The translations under genes and the position numbers were made by a program. The notes below the pieces were generated by a model. That model made no database searches, was not told the origin of the DNA, and saw only the letters and a program-made list of their open reading frames with translations. Of a stretch of 64,000 bases of DNA, positions 62,952 to 64,000 are shown piece after piece. The stretch spans positions 23,758,464 to 23,822,463 of the forward strand of contig NC_043011.1 in the NCBI RefSeq assembly GCF_006345805.1, written 5' to 3'. Each line of letters opens with the position of its first letter. Position 1 is the first letter of the stretch. The DNA comes from Octopus sinensis. Lineage: Eukaryota.

Positions 62952-64000
62952 GTTTGTGTGTCTTGGTGTGTTTACGTCCCCGTTACTTAGCAGTTCGGCA
63001 GAAGAGATCGATAGAATGAGTACTGGGCTTACAAAGAATAAGTCCCGGGGTCGATTTGTTCGACTAAAGGCGGTGCTCCAGCATGGCCGCAGTCAAATGA
63101 CTGAAACAAGTAAAAGAGAAAAGATATGTTCATTAAACTCGTATATGCGAGTGTACCAGATATCTGTGTCAGAGTTGTCTCCCATTCTTGTTGGGAAAAT
63201 GTATTTCTCTCCCTGTAAATTTGTTCTGACTTTAGTGTATTAATGTTTCAAATATTGACAGTTAACTATGTGCTAAACTGGCTGGTATTCTACTATGAAC
63301 AGCTTCAGAAATGTAATTCCATCATTCATCCTAACTACACTGTTTTCTTATCTGCTAAAAGTATATATGATAGTATTATTGTGTGTGTGTGTGCTGTGTA
63401 TAAAATTTTATATATAATCATTCGATGTCTATTTTCCATGCTGGCATGGGTTGGATGGCTTGACAGGAACTGGAGAGCTGCTCAGGCTCCATGTCTGGTT
63501 TCTATGGCCTCCTAATGCCAACCACTTTACACAGTGTAATGGGTGCTTTTACGCAGCACTGGCATCGGTGTGTTTACGTGGTATTGATGTGGCTGCTTTT
63601 TACATGGCACCAGCATCCACGAGCCTCCAAGGTTAGGAATGTTCCCTCCCCCTATCTATCTTTCTCTCTCTTTCTCTCTTTCCCTCTCTCTTTCATTCTC
63701 TCTCTTCTCTCTCTCTCTCCCTCCCCTACACACGTGCATCTTGGGGTCAGCCCTGATTCTGTGAATAAAATGGAGTGGGGATAGGCAGAAACTCATTAGA
63801 AGCCTGGTGATTCAAAGGCCTTGTCATTTAGTGCCACACTGGTTCTGCCTGTGAATTATTTAAATACATAAGTCTGTGGAATACTCAAGCACATGCTAAT
63901 TACGTATAGACGAGCTGAGAAACCCAGCGTTGTTCAGGATTAAAATAGCATACATATACGCAGCGCTAAGCGTGTGGCAAGCTTTCTACGGCCGGATGCC

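Noticed and set aside
60848-64000. Further KIF23 tail exons (RxRS 14-3-3 motif, Arf6-binding domain)
   Set aside because: No matching exon found; they are presumably beyond the window rather than lost

Overview
AT-rich, repeat-dense animal genomic DNA; the SINE, RTE and MITE families look like those of coleoid cephalopods (probably Octopus; inferred, not verified). The window is dominated by one + strand gene: a kinesin-6 of the KIF23/MKLP1/pavarotti type. I reconstructed 19 coding exons by hand, all with GT-AG introns and consistent phases (ATG at 3620, last visible exon ending at 60847; 2172 nt = 724 codons). It includes the P-loop GVTGSGKT, switch I NESSSRSH, switch II DLAGSE, the kinesin-6 loop-6 insert, a coiled coil and the start of the tail. 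The gene continues beyond the window. Introns contain at least four tRNA-derived SINE families, decayed RTE and CR1-group LINEs, mariner and pogo transposase relics, TTAA-, TA- and 9-bp-TSD MITEs, and Helitron-like pieces. Most short ORFs in the supplied track are spurious. Best second-look items: (1) an inverted Penelope-like insertion carrying two degenerate minimal hammerhead ribozyme motifs, plus other fold-back insertions; (2) a candidate divergent first coding exon (MGLITSSWKRQTVNER, myristoylation-type) whose splice donor was duplicated by a SINE target-site duplication; (3) a self-inserted inverted duplication plus a 279-bp exact duplication in intron 14; (4) a decayed copy of the switch-I exon; (5) within-window evidence of SINE module swapping and SINE-RTE tail sharing. 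I found no clearly new multi-gene system.
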